Assembly (NCBI GenBank): GCA_030604065.1
Contig: JAUVWO010000001.1
Location: forward strand, 1 to 41,446
Direction of reading: 5' to 3'
Origin: Methanomassiliicoccales archaeon
Lineage (GTDB): Archaea; Thermoplasmatota; Thermoplasmata; Methanomassiliicoccales; JAUVWO01
Length of the DNA: 41,446 nucleotides
The notes below the pieces were generated by a model. That model did no database searches, was not told the origin of the DNA, and saw nothing but the letters and a program-made list of their open reading frames with translations. Below are positions 19,453 to 28,583 of this stretch, piece by piece. Position numbers and translations under genes: made by a program. Within the stretch, counting starts at the first letter, position 1; each line of letters opens with the position of its first letter.

Positions 19453-20097
19453 TCAGATCAGCCCCGCTTCCTCTATTGCCTGGAACACCCCTACTATGAT
19501 GAATTGCACCGCCACCGCTGCTAGGACCAGACCCATGATCCGGGAGAATGCCATGGTGCCAGTGCGCCCCATGATCCGGAACAGTACGTCCGAATAGCTC
19601 AATATGAGGTATGACAAGATGACGGTGACCATCACTCCTATGAATATCCATATGTATCCGGTAACGTCCCCGCTTTGCTGCACATCGCTAGTGAGGATCA
19701 TGACCGTGGTGATGGACCCAGGCCCCGCGAACATGGGTATGCCTAGGGGCACCACACCCACTTGCTCTTCCTCCAGCGCCCTCACCCTCTCGGCCTCGGT
19801 TATCTTGGTGGTCGGCCTACGCCCCTGCATCATGGAGAATGCGATCGAGAACAGCAGCACCCCTCCGGCGATGCGGAATGCCGGTATGGTTATGCCGTAT
19901 ACATAGAAGATGAGGTCGCCGAAGATGGCGAACACGAACAGCACCACTATCATCACCACGCATACCATCATGATGATCCTCTGCCTGACCTCGTGCGGAT
20001 AGCCATCGGTGATGGTCACGAAGAACGGCACATTGCCCAGCGGGTTCACTATGGCAAAGATGGTGACGATCACGCTGATGCCGAATTCGATACTCAT
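19453..20097 (-). CDS. MarC-family (NAAT) membrane protein
   Basis: IVNPLGNVP, AFRIAGG, VPLGIPMFAGPGSIT, RIMGLVLAAVAVQ. Confidence 0.93.
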   Translation of the reverse strand: MSIEFGISVIVTIFAIVNPLGNVPFFVTITDGYPHEVRQRIIMMVCVVMIVVLFVFAIFGDLIFYVYGITIPAFRIAGGVLLFSIAFSMMQGRRPTTKITEAERVRALEEEQVGVVPLGIPMFAGPGSITTVMILTSDVQQSGDVTGYIWIFIGVMVTVILSYLILSYSDVLFRIMGRTGTMAFSRIMGLVLAAVAVQFIIVGVFQAIEEAGLI

Positions 20098-20169
20098 CAG
20101 ATTGAGGATTGGCGTAAGGGTTGAATAGGCTTTGCCCTAGCCTGGTGACGCGGGGCTTGGAGAACTCGA

Positions 20170-20931
20170 TCAGGGGACCACGGTCTTGCGGCCGAATGTC
20201 AGGTAACCGGTGTGACCAAGCATGTCGAATGATGGTCTCACCCCGCCGGCATGGACCTCCATCTCGCGTTGCAGCGTCTCGATGGAGCACACGTCCACGT
20301 ACCCCATGTCCCGCAACGCGATGACCGTGGCCTCAAGCTGGTTGATGTTCGGAGTATAGGCGCACACCCTGCCCCCGGGTCGAAGGTTGCGGTCCAGGTT
20401 GGAGATGGCCGCCCAGGGCACCGGCATGTCCAGTATAACGGCGTCGGCGGTCACGTCCAGTTGCACATCGCAGGCATCGCCGATCACGCACTCCCACCCG
20501 TCGAGCCCGAGGCGGGCGATATTGCGACCAGCCCGCTTGGCGAAGTCCTCCCGCATCTCCACCGATATCACCCTCCCTCCTGGGGAGACGGCGTTGAGCA
20601 GCGCCATGGCCAGTGCCCCGGAGCCGACCCCGGATTCTATGACCACGTCACCGGCGCTAAGGGAGGTGCGCAGAACGATCTCGGCAGCGTCCTTGGGTAT
20701 GATGATCTGAGCTCCTCTATCCAGCGATATCATGTGTTCGTAGACCCCGGGTCGAAGCATAACGAACCGGTGGTTGGCTATCTCCAGTCTGGAACCATCA
20801 GGCATACCCACCATGCGGCCGGTGTCCACTAGACCGAGGCCAGTCACTTTGACCATGCCACCATCTAGCGTCACTTGGTGGCGCTTACCCCGTTCGTCCA
20901 GCAGGTGGACCATCTCACCCTGTCGTAGCAA
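20170..20931 (-). CDS. trmI: tRNA (adenine-N1)-methyltransferase
   Basis: RGAQIIIPKD, ESGVGSGAL, ILDMPVPW, VRP...MLGHTGYL. Confidence 0.93.
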   Translation of the reverse strand: MLRQGEMVHLLDERGKRHQVTLDGGMVKVTGLGLVDTGRMVGMPDGSRLEIANHRFVMLRPGVYEHMISLDRGAQIIIPKDAAEIVLRTSLSAGDVVIESGVGSGALAMALLNAVSPGGRVISVEMREDFAKRAGRNIARLGLDGWECVIGDACDVQLDVTADAVILDMPVPWAAISNLDRNLRPGGRVCAYTPNINQLEATVIALRDMGYVDVCSIETLQREMEVHAGGVRPSFDMLGHTGYLTFGRKTVVP

Positions 20932-20935
20932 TGGC

Positions 20936-21262
20936 TCACAACCTGAAGCTCTTGCCGCAGTCGCCGCATTCCCAATCGTAGGAGGATATGGCGGCCCCGC
21001 AGTCTGGACATCGGGGGATGCCGGAGATATGTTGAACCGTCTTTATTACCGGAACATCGGTCTTTTCCGGCCTCGTTGCCGTCTCGACGGTTGAGCTGTC
21101 CCTCAGATTCTCTTTGATACAGTACCGCGGGCCATCGTACTCCCTCTTGGGCGGGTAGGTGTAGTCCTTCCAGCGCTCGCGGAGCACTAGGAAATAGTAG
21201 CTCCACATGCCCACCATGAAGGCGACGATTGCCGTGGCTGAAGCATATATAAGTGCGTCCAT
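20936..21262 (-). CDS. Hypothetical membrane-anchored zinc-ribbon protein
   Basis: N-terminal TM helix; C-terminal CPDCG...CGDCG. Confidence 0.7.
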   Translation of the reverse strand: MDALIYASATAIVAFMVGMWSYYFLVLRERWKDYTYPPKREYDGPRYCIKENLRDSSTVETATRPEKTDVPVIKTVQHISGIPRCPDCGAAISSYDWECGDCGKSFRL

Positions 21263-21308
21263 CCCATCACTGCTTAGGACATGGGTGCAAATTTATAAAT
21301 ATCATTTG

Positions 21309-21326
21309 GTCCGACGATTGTCGGAC
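21309..21326. promoter_or_regulatory. 18-bp near-perfect palindrome between divergent promoters
   Basis: GTCCGAC-gatt-GTCGGAC flanked by atttataaat (21291) and ttttatac (21364). Confidence 0.45.
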
Positions 21327-21394
21327 GCGATCTTGCATTCATCAGTACAGGTCCAGAAAATCATTTTATACCCACATCACATTGGGCGCACCCG

Positions 21395-21598
21395 ATGAAG
21401 GGTTCTGATATACCCAAGAAGGCGAAGCTGGCCGTGTCCGTTCTGCTCATTATAGGTGGGCTGCTTGTGTATTGGATATGGGCAATTACCTATAACGCTT
21501 GGAATCCGATCCAGCCCGAGTTCATCGGCGTGTACGCCATATCCTCGATAATGATACTTTTCGGCATTCTCGGTCTGCTTCTAGCTAAGCGTACTTGA
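21395..21598 (+). CDS. Small 2-TM membrane protein
   Basis: Two hydrophobic helices; TATA about 25 bp upstream of the ATG. Confidence 0.7.
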   Translation: MKGSDIPKKAKLAVSVLLIIGGLLVYWIWAITYNAWNPIQPEFIGVYAISSIMILFGILGLLLAKRT

Positions 21599-23011
21599 TC
21601 ACATCGTTCTCGCGGCGTAGGCCACGGTGCTCGTCTCCCTGCTACAGACCAAGCAGCGTCCCTGGAAGGTCTCGTCATTGCGAGGGGTGCCCAATATGTT
21701 CAGCTCGGTCCGCTCCTCTAAGGCGTGGCCGCAGGCCTCGTCCCCACACCAGCCGAACTTGACGATGCTTTCGGGAATGTTTTCCATGCTGTCGATGATG
21801 ACGATGCCGCTGTTCATTGATTCTGTTGCTCTGGCCCGCATGTCGGCCTTGATCGAGGCCAGTATGGAGGTCACCGAGGTCACCGTCTCCGTCGGAGGGA
21901 AGCTGCCCTTGTCGCCGGTATCGCGCCTGGCGTACGTTACCACGTCGTTCTGGATATCGTGCAGTCCAAGCTCAAGACGCAGCGACACCCCTTTGATCTC
22001 CCAGTCGAAGAACTTGCTGCCGGGACGATCATCACGGTCGTCCAGATGTGCCCGGATGCCTGCTTTCTTCAGCTGTGAGAGCAGGTCGGCGGCGGCCTTG
22101 TTGATCTCGTCGTAATGCTCCTTCTTGAGAATGGGTACGATGACCACTTGGAATGGGGCCACGTCCGGCGGCAGCACCAGGCCCTTGTCGTCACCGTGCA
22201 CGCCTACCACTGCGCCTACCAGCCGCTCGCTCATACCGTAGGTGGTCTGGTGCACATACTCCCACTCGCCCTCGGCGTTCTCATAGCGTATCTCGTACGG
22301 CTTGGAGAAATTATCGCGGTAGTGATGTATGCTTCCCAGCTGCAGGGTGCGGCCGTTGGGCATGTAGGTGTCGATGCCCACGGTGTAGTATGCTCCTGGG
22401 AACTTGTCCCAGTCGGTGCGCTTGAGCAGCAGATAGGGCAGGCACAGCCGGTCCATCAGGTTCTCCAAGATGGAGAAGTCCTCATCCACCTGACGCTCGG
22501 CGTCGTCATAGTCCACATGACAGGTGTGGGATTCGAAGAAGTGTATCTCCCGCACCCGGATGAACGGGCGGGTCATCTTGGTCTCGTATCGGAAGGTGTT
22601 GACCAGTTGGTAGGTCTTTAGGGGCAGATCGGTATGTGACCTCACCCATAGCGCGAACATCGGGTACATGGCCGTCTCGCTTGTAGGGCGCATCACCATG
22701 CGCACGTCCAGTTCGTTGAGGCCCGCGTGGGTGACCCAGAAGACCTCTGCGTCGAAGCCCTTGATATGGTCCTTCTCCTTCTGGAACTCGGTCTCGGGTA
22801 TCAGCAGCGGGAAGCACACCTCATCATGATCGGTGGCGTCAAGCTCCTCGCGGATGAACTGGTCGATCTGGCGCATGATGCGCCAGCCGTATGGGGTCCA
22901 GACGTTCATTCCCTTGATCGGGTAGCGCTTGTCGGACAGGTTGGCCCGCTCGACAATATCGTTGTACCACTCGCCGAAGTCCTCGTCCTTCTTCATATGA
23001 TGACCTGCCAT
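21599..23011 (-). CDS. proS: Proline--tRNA ligase (archaeal/eukaryotic type)
   Basis: FGEWY, YPIKG, RPTSET, FRYETK.TRP..R.RE, QTTYGMSER, HGDDKGLVLPP; C-terminal zinc domain, ends YAARTM. Confidence 0.97.
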   Translation of the reverse strand: MAGHHMKKDEDFGEWYNDIVERANLSDKRYPIKGMNVWTPYGWRIMRQIDQFIREELDATDHDEVCFPLLIPETEFQKEKDHIKGFDAEVFWVTHAGLNELDVRMVMRPTSETAMYPMFALWVRSHTDLPLKTYQLVNTFRYETKMTRPFIRVREIHFFESHTCHVDYDDAERQVDEDFSILENLMDRLCLPYLLLKRTDWDKFPGAYYTVGIDTYMPNGRTLQLGSIHHYRDNFSKPYEIRYENAEGEWEYVHQTTYGMSERLVGAVVGVHGDDKGLVLPPDVAPFQVVIVPILKKEHYDEINKAAADLLSQLKKAGIRAHLDDRDDRPGSKFFDWEIKGVSLRLELGLHDIQNDVVTYARRDTGDKGSFPPTETVTSVTSILASIKADMRARATESMNSGIVIIDSMENIPESIVKFGWCGDEACGHALEERTELNILGTPRNDETFQGRCLVCSRETSTVAYAARTM

Positions 23012-23032
23012 TGGGTGTATCGCCGATAGGTA

Positions 23033-23887
23033 TTATTGCGTTTCCTTGAGCGCCTTGGCCACCAGCGGAGCCACCGATATGCGGCTGACCTCGCTCATGA
23101 CGGTATTGCAGCAGACCACTTCGTCCACGCAGGCCATGCGTTGCAGTGCGTCCTGGACGAAGAGACCGTGAGTGCAGGCCACGTAGACCCGCTCTGCGCC
23201 AACCTTCTTGAGCTCGTTGGAAGCGGCCACTATGGTGCCCCCTGTGGAGATCATATCATCGACGATGAGCACGTTTTTGCCACCGACATCCACATTGGCC
23301 GGGGCGATGCGCACGTCCATGCCCGAGAGCCTCGTCTTCTGGAGGTGGTCGCTGTCAACACCCATGATCTTGCCGACCTCTTCGGCCCTGCTCCTAGCGC
23401 CGATGTCAGGAGACAGGACGATGTCCACTTCATGATCGCTGAAGAACTCGCCGATGGCGGGGGCAGCCTTCACGTCCACCGCCGGGCAGGAGAACCATCT
23501 CAAGGTGTCCTGCTTGTGCAGGTCCACGGTCACAACATGGTCTGTGTTCATCTCCAGCATGCGGGCCATGACCTTGGCGCTCTCCGGCTCGCCGGGATTG
23601 AACAACCGGTCCTGGCGGGCGTAGCCAAAGTATGGGATGACGCAGGCCACCGTCTTGGCACCGAGGCTCTTGATCGCGTCCTGGATCAGCAGCATCTCCA
23701 CCAGGTCCCCGTCGGGGTAGGTGTTCTGCACCACCACCACATGGTCGTCGATCGTGTCACACTCGATACGGGTATAGCATTCTCCATCTGGGAATCGCTT
23801 GGTGGACGCTCTGATGCAGCCCACGCCCATGCAGTCCGCCAACTCCTCTGCCAATTCGTATGATGAAGAACCCCCGACTATTATCAT
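23033..23887 (-). CDS. prs: Ribose-phosphate pyrophosphokinase
   Basis: FPDGE, PYFGYARQD, VDLH, IVDDMISTGGT, CTHG; start at MIIVGG (23887). Confidence 0.96.
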   Translation of the reverse strand: MIIVGGSSSYELAEELADCMGVGCIRASTKRFPDGECYTRIECDTIDDHVVVVQNTYPDGDLVEMLLIQDAIKSLGAKTVACVIPYFGYARQDRLFNPGEPESAKVMARMLEMNTDHVVTVDLHKQDTLRWFSCPAVDVKAAPAIGEFFSDHEVDIVLSPDIGARSRAEEVGKIMGVDSDHLQKTRLSGMDVRIAPANVDVGGKNVLIVDDMISTGGTIVAASNELKKVGAERVYVACTHGLFVQDALQRMACVDEVVCCNTVMSEVSRISVAPLVAKALKETQ

Positions 23888-23929
23888 CTTGGGTACAATG
23901 TGATTATCGATATAATATCTACCGAACCT

Positions 23930-23957
23930 GCGGAAACGTTTGCCCGCGGAAACGTTT
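23930..23957. repeat. 12-bp direct repeat GCGGAAACGTTT x2 in the prs/HerA divergent promoter
   Basis: Copies at 23930-23941 and 23946-23957, each containing palindrome AAACGTTT; the second runs into the TATA-like tttattataa. Confidence 0.6.
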
Positions 23958-23996
23958 ATTATAAGGTGGGTGGATAAGACAGCGGGATGGTGCACA

Positions 23997-25514
23997 ATGG
24001 ATTCTGAGAGCGCCTATGACGGGTCGACAGAGGAGCTGCCGTTCGAGACCGGCAGCGAGGAAGCGGTAGGGGTCATCTATGGTAACGTGGGTACCACCCA
24101 CTTCAACGTGCGAGTGATGAGCACCATCGAACGCATGGAGTACGTGCAGTTCGAGCATCCTAGCGATGGATTGGTGCTGGGCCAGGTGTCTGAGGTGGAG
24201 AGGCGCACCGATCTGTCGCTGGAGAAGGCCAAGATGTACTCCGAGGGCGCTGATATCAACATCGAGGAGAAGGTCACCGCCCGTATCGACATACTCGGGT
24301 TCAGGGACGACCGCCACCTGCTGCAGGTGCCGCGGACCCCGTGCCGTGCTGGCACCGAGGTACTGAAAGCGAGCGACGACCTCATCCGCGAGGTCATAGG
24401 GCTCAAGGAGAACACCGACACCGGCGCCTACCTGGGACTGCTGTTCGGGCACAACATCCGCATCGAGTCCGACATCAACTCCATGGTGCAGAAGCACGTC
24501 TCCATACTGGCCAAGACCGGCGGGGGCAAGAGTTTCCTGTGCGGTGCGTTGGTGGAGGAGTTGATGAAGCATGACGTGACCGTCATAGTGTTCGACCCCC
24601 ACGGCGAGTACGGGTCCATGAGGGTGAAGGGCACCAAACAGGAATCGTCCCGTGATTTCGGGGTCGTACCACACAGTTACAAGGATAAGATAACGGAGTT
24701 CGCCACCGATCTGCAGATCAATCCCAAGGCCAAGCCTCTCAAGTTCACCCTGGCCAACATCGAGGCCCGGGACCTGCTGGGCCTGACCAACGTCAAGAGC
24801 GCCCGAAACTACCTGACCATGCTGCGCAAGGCCATGGACGCCGTCAAGGGAGTGAAGCGCGACTTCTCACTTCGGGACCTGATCCGGGTGCTGGAGGCCG
24901 ACGATGAACACCAGAACTCCAGCCTCATCAATGAGCTGGAGTATCTTAGCGAGGTCGGAATATTCGGTGACAAGGGCACCCGCATCGATGAGCTGGTGCA
25001 GAGGGGCAGGTGCACCATAATCAACATGAAGGGCACACCTCCAGATATCCAGGAGCTCATCGCCGAACGGCTTTGCTCGGCGCTGTTCGAGCTGCGTAAG
25101 GCCGACAAGATACCGCCGTTGATGCTGGTGGTGGAGGAAGCCCACAACTACTGTCCTCAACAGGGGCAGGTGGCCAGCAGCAAGGTGTTGCGCACCATCG
25201 CCTCCGAGGGACGTAAGTTCGGTCTGGGACTGACCATAATCTCCCAGCGACCGGCCAAGATCGATAAGAACGTCCTGTCGCAGTGCAACACCCAGATGAT
25301 ACTCAAGGTCACCAATCCCAATGACCTGAAGGCCATCACCTCGTCGGTGGAGGGCCTCACTAGCGGCATGGCCGAGGAGATCCAGCGGCTGCCTATCGGA
25401 GTGGCGCTGATGATGGGCGGCTCCATACAGATGCCTCTTCTGGTAGAGGTGCGTCCAAGGGAGTCCAAGCACGGCGGCGAGAGTGTGGAGATCATCCCCT
25501 CGAGGAGGGTGTGA
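23997..25514 (+). CDS. HerA/FtsK-like ATPase (DUF87) with N-terminal HAS-barrel
   Basis: KHVSILAKTGGGKS Walker A, FDPHGEY, VVEEAH Walker B, EGRKFG, SQRP, SQCNT. Confidence 0.9.
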   Translation: MDSESAYDGSTEELPFETGSEEAVGVIYGNVGTTHFNVRVMSTIERMEYVQFEHPSDGLVLGQVSEVERRTDLSLEKAKMYSEGADINIEEKVTARIDILGFRDDRHLLQVPRTPCRAGTEVLKASDDLIREVIGLKENTDTGAYLGLLFGHNIRIESDINSMVQKHVSILAKTGGGKSFLCGALVEELMKHDVTVIVFDPHGEYGSMRVKGTKQESSRDFGVVPHSYKDKITEFATDLQINPKAKPLKFTLANIEARDLLGLTNVKSARNYLTMLRKAMDAVKGVKRDFSLRDLIRVLEADDEHQNSSLINELEYLSEVGIFGDKGTRIDELVQRGRCTIINMKGTPPDIQELIAERLCSALFELRKADKIPPLMLVVEEAHNYCPQQGQVASSKVLRTIASEGRKFGLGLTIISQRPAKIDKNVLSQCNTQMILKVTNPNDLKAITSSVEGLTSGMAEEIQRLPIGVALMMGGSIQMPLLVEVRPRESKHGGESVEIIPSRRV

Positions 25515-25808
25515 TTGCAGGACCGCATAACCGAGGACCGTATCGAACGATATCTCAGCATAACCAAGGAAGCCATGGACAAGCTGACGGTGGCCGCACC
25601 GGAGCGCTCGTTCAACCGCCGCATGGCAGAATCATTCTTGGAGATGGCCACCTCGTACTACGAGGATGCGTTGCATTTCCGTGAGCAGGGCGACCTTGTG
25701 AACGCGTTCGCCTGCGTGAACTATGCTCATGGGTGGCTGGATTGCGGTGCCCGCATCGGACTCTTCGACGTGGGCGGCGACGATCGGTTGTTCACACTGT
25801 TCGAGTGA
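25515..25808 (+). CDS. DUF357 protein
   Basis: MATSYYEDALHF..GDLVNAFACVNYAHGWLDCGARIGLFDV. Confidence 0.9.
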   Translation: MQDRITEDRIERYLSITKEAMDKLTVAAPERSFNRRMAESFLEMATSYYEDALHFREQGDLVNAFACVNYAHGWLDCGARIGLFDVGGDDRLFTLFE

Positions 25809-25812
25809 ATGC

Positions 25813-26664
25813 TCACCGCAACAGGTGGGGACCGGACCGGTCCACGCCGACCCTGTGGACCTCGCCGAACCCTGACAGGGTTCGGAGGTCGGAATCCATC
25901 TCTCCTATGGAGAACACGGAGTTGCCGAGCATGACCATCGATGCATTTTGACCGTCCAATGCTGACAAGGCCTCCCTCACCTCCGAGGTTATCAGCCCCG
26001 TTTCCTCGGCGAACTGTCTTGAGGTACGCACGAGCGCCCCCATATCCGATCGCTCAATGAACGAATCGAGGCATCTGCGCCCCACCTCATTCACCATGGC
26101 CATGATGTCCTCGTTGGCCAGAACGTCGGCGGTGGGGATGGGGGGGCCGACGATGCCCACCGCTATCTTTGGATCATGGCCCAGGTCCTGCCATTCACCA
26201 TAGGGGGGGAGTCCCGGTGAGGTTCGGACCCCAACACCGCCGCATAGGATGCCCGCCACATCGCCTAGCCCCCCGCCGTTCATCACCTCGGACACATGCG
26301 CAGCCGTCCCAATTTGGTCCTCAGATATTTCCAATAGGCTCCCAAGGGCGATCCCTGTAGCCAGGGTGCCAGCAGCGCTCATGGCGAACCCATGGCCTGG
26401 AGGGAGGTCCGGGACGATGTCCACCTTGGCCCCATATCCTTCGGGGAGCAGCATCGTCAACAGTCCATGCGTCACCGGGGCATCATCCAACCGACCATCT
26501 ATGGCGATCTCAATACCTTCGCCCCGCCAACACTCCACCCTGGCCGTGGCCCCCCTGTCGATGCATATGCCGGCACCGCGGGTGCCGGTTCTCATAAAAT
26601 CCCTGTGACGGCAGACCTGGAATATGCATGATATGTGTCCAGGGCAGAAGGCGGCCGCCTTCAA
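25813..26664 (-). CDS. Pantoate kinase (GHMP family)
   Basis: AFCPGHIS..F, GTRGAG, P.GHGFAMSAAG, GLGDV, MLGNSVF; adjacent to coaBC. Confidence 0.88.
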   Translation of the reverse strand: MKAAAFCPGHISCIFQVCRHRDFMRTGTRGAGICIDRGATARVECWRGEGIEIAIDGRLDDAPVTHGLLTMLLPEGYGAKVDIVPDLPPGHGFAMSAAGTLATGIALGSLLEISEDQIGTAAHVSEVMNGGGLGDVAGILCGGVGVRTSPGLPPYGEWQDLGHDPKIAVGIVGPPIPTADVLANEDIMAMVNEVGRRCLDSFIERSDMGALVRTSRQFAEETGLITSEVREALSALDGQNASMVMLGNSVFSIGEMDSDLRTLSGFGEVHRVGVDRSGPHLLR

Positions 26665-27851
26665 TCCCGTCCACCGACCATGTGCAGGATGCCCTCGGCC
26701 ACCGACCGTTTGCTGCCGCCCAATGCCACATCACCCGAGCCGGTCACCACCAGCACCTGCGTCCGTCCCGGTGCCACATCACCCAGGTCATTGGCCACGA
26801 TGGCATCCAATTCGTGCTCTTCCAGACGACGGATCGCTCGGGCCACCAGATCCTCCTCGCTCACATCCGACTCGGCCTTGAACCCTACCACGGTTCGTTC
26901 ACCATCGACCAGGCGGCCGATGAGCTTGGGCACCGGCTCCAGTTCCAACGTGGGCGCGATGTCCGAAGGCAGTTTGCCATGTTGTCGAACCGGCCTGAAA
27001 TCGGCCAAGGCCGCTGGCATCAGTACCAGATCGTGGTCGACCTGGTCGATCATCCCCTCAAGGTCGGCCACTGAGGTGAACCGACGCATTGACAGGTGTT
27101 CCGGCACTGGGAAGGTGTGGCGCCCCATCCAAAGGTCGACGGTCGCCCCCATCCGGAACGCCGCTGCGGCCAGTTCCACCGCCATCTCGCCGGTGGAGCG
27201 GTTGCTGACCACCCGCATGTCGTCGATGGCCTCCTCCGAGGACCCGCCGATGACCAGGACCCTGCGGCCGCTCAGCTTCTTGGGGCATAGGGCGAGGATG
27301 ACGCTCTCCACGATCTCCTCCTTGGAGGCCACCTTGGCCTTATCCCCCGAGACCCGGGGACCAACGAACCGCACCCCCATGCGCTGCAATCGACCCACGT
27401 TCTCCACCACCGCCTGATTGCGGTACATGGCCAGGTGCATCGCTGGCGCCACTAGTAATGGGACTCCAGAACCGAGGGCGATGGTGGCCATGGTGGTGAC
27501 GGTCGTGTCATCGATGCCGTTGGCCATCTTGGACACAGTATTGGCGGTGCAGGGGGCGATGAGCAGCAGGTCGGCGCGGTCGTCATGGTCACCCAGCAGA
27601 GCTACGTGCTGCGCCCTCCCGTCCAGCTCGGTGACCGGCTCGAAACCGGTGGCGAACTCCATGCTCATCGGGGTAACGAACTCGGCACCCCATTGGCTCA
27701 GGACCGGGACAACGTCGGCGCCGTGGCGCGCCAGCTCTCGAGCCAGGGCGAACGCCTCCATCGCGGCGATGGAACCGGTTATGCACAGCACTATCAGCTT
27801 TCCTTTCAGATCGTCGCTGAGTTCGCAGTATATCTCATCCACAGGTTGCAT
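26661..27851 (-). CDS. coaBC: Bifunctional phosphopantothenoylcysteine decarboxylase/synthase
   Basis: TGSIAA, APCTANT..KMANGIDD, PAMH..MY, E.ID.MR.VSNRSTG, AALADF, VGFKAE, IVAN. Confidence 0.95.
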   Translation of the reverse strand: MQPVDEIYCELSDDLKGKLIVLCITGSIAAMEAFALARELARHGADVVPVLSQWGAEFVTPMSMEFATGFEPVTELDGRAQHVALLGDHDDRADLLLIAPCTANTVSKMANGIDDTTVTTMATIALGSGVPLLVAPAMHLAMYRNQAVVENVGRLQRMGVRFVGPRVSGDKAKVASKEEIVESVILALCPKKLSGRRVLVIGGSSEEAIDDMRVVSNRSTGEMAVELAAAAFRMGATVDLWMGRHTFPVPEHLSMRRFTSVADLEGMIDQVDHDLVLMPAALADFRPVRQHGKLPSDIAPTLELEPVPKLIGRLVDGERTVVGFKAESDVSEEDLVARAIRRLEEHELDAIVANDLGDVAPGRTQVLVVTGSGDVALGGSKRSVAEGILHMVGGRD

Positions 27852-28546
27852 CAGATGCCTCCTCTAACGCTGCATACGCAGGCCTGGACCAGTGTCAGCG
27901 CCTCTCGTCTCACCGAGCGCTGGGGGCGGGTGGCGTCGACCAACACGTAGCTGCGGTCTCGCTTGGCCAGGTGCAGGTAGGCGTTGCGCACCTCCTCCAA
28001 GTATCCCAGCCTCTCGAACTTGCTCACGGTCTCCCGTGTACGGTTCACCCGCTCCAGCGATGTCTTGGCCGGAAGGTCCAGCAGCACGGTGAGATCCGGA
28101 ATGGTCACCACCGGCTCGTTCAACGACCACAGCCAGTCCATGGAGTCTGCACCCATCATCCGGTCCAGGACCACGCTTTGATAGGCCATCGTGGACCCAT
28201 AGTATCGATCGCAGAGCACCACCTTGCCCCGGTCCACCCACTCCCTGATGCGCCGGGTGTGCTCGGTCCGGTCGGCCACGAACAACATGGCCTCGGTGAA
28301 CGGGGAAACGTCCGATCGGTTGGCCTGGCGGACGCAGTCCCCTATCCATGAGTCAGATGGCTCCGCCGTCGTCACCACATCATGGGATGGCGATAGCTCC
28401 GCCTCCACATCGGCCATCAGGGTGCTCTTGCCGGCGCCATCGATCCCTTCGAAGACGATGAACCGCCCTCCACTCGATCTGGACAGTGTCTCTATTCTCT
28501 GCAGGGTCTGCTCTTCGGTTCCGCTGGTACCCGACATCCGATTCAT
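27851..28546 (-). CDS. tmk: Thymidylate (dTMP) kinase
   Basis: FIVFEGIDGAGKST, EP, LFVADR..H, CDRY..S..AYQ; real start at 28546 or 28537 (the track's longer start overlaps gcvPB). Confidence 0.93.
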   Translation of the reverse strand: MNRMSGTSGTEEQTLQRIETLSRSSGGRFIVFEGIDGAGKSTLMADVEAELSPSHDVVTTAEPSDSWIGDCVRQANRSDVSPFTEAMLFVADRTEHTRRIREWVDRGKVVLCDRYYGSTMAYQSVVLDRMMGADSMDWLWSLNEPVVTIPDLTVLLDLPAKTSLERVNRTRETVSKFERLGYLEEVRNAYLHLAKRDRSYVLVDATRPQRSVRREALTLVQACVCSVRGGI

Positions 28547-28583
28547 TATCCATCCACGGGTTAAGAAAGGTTGCCTCGTTGGA

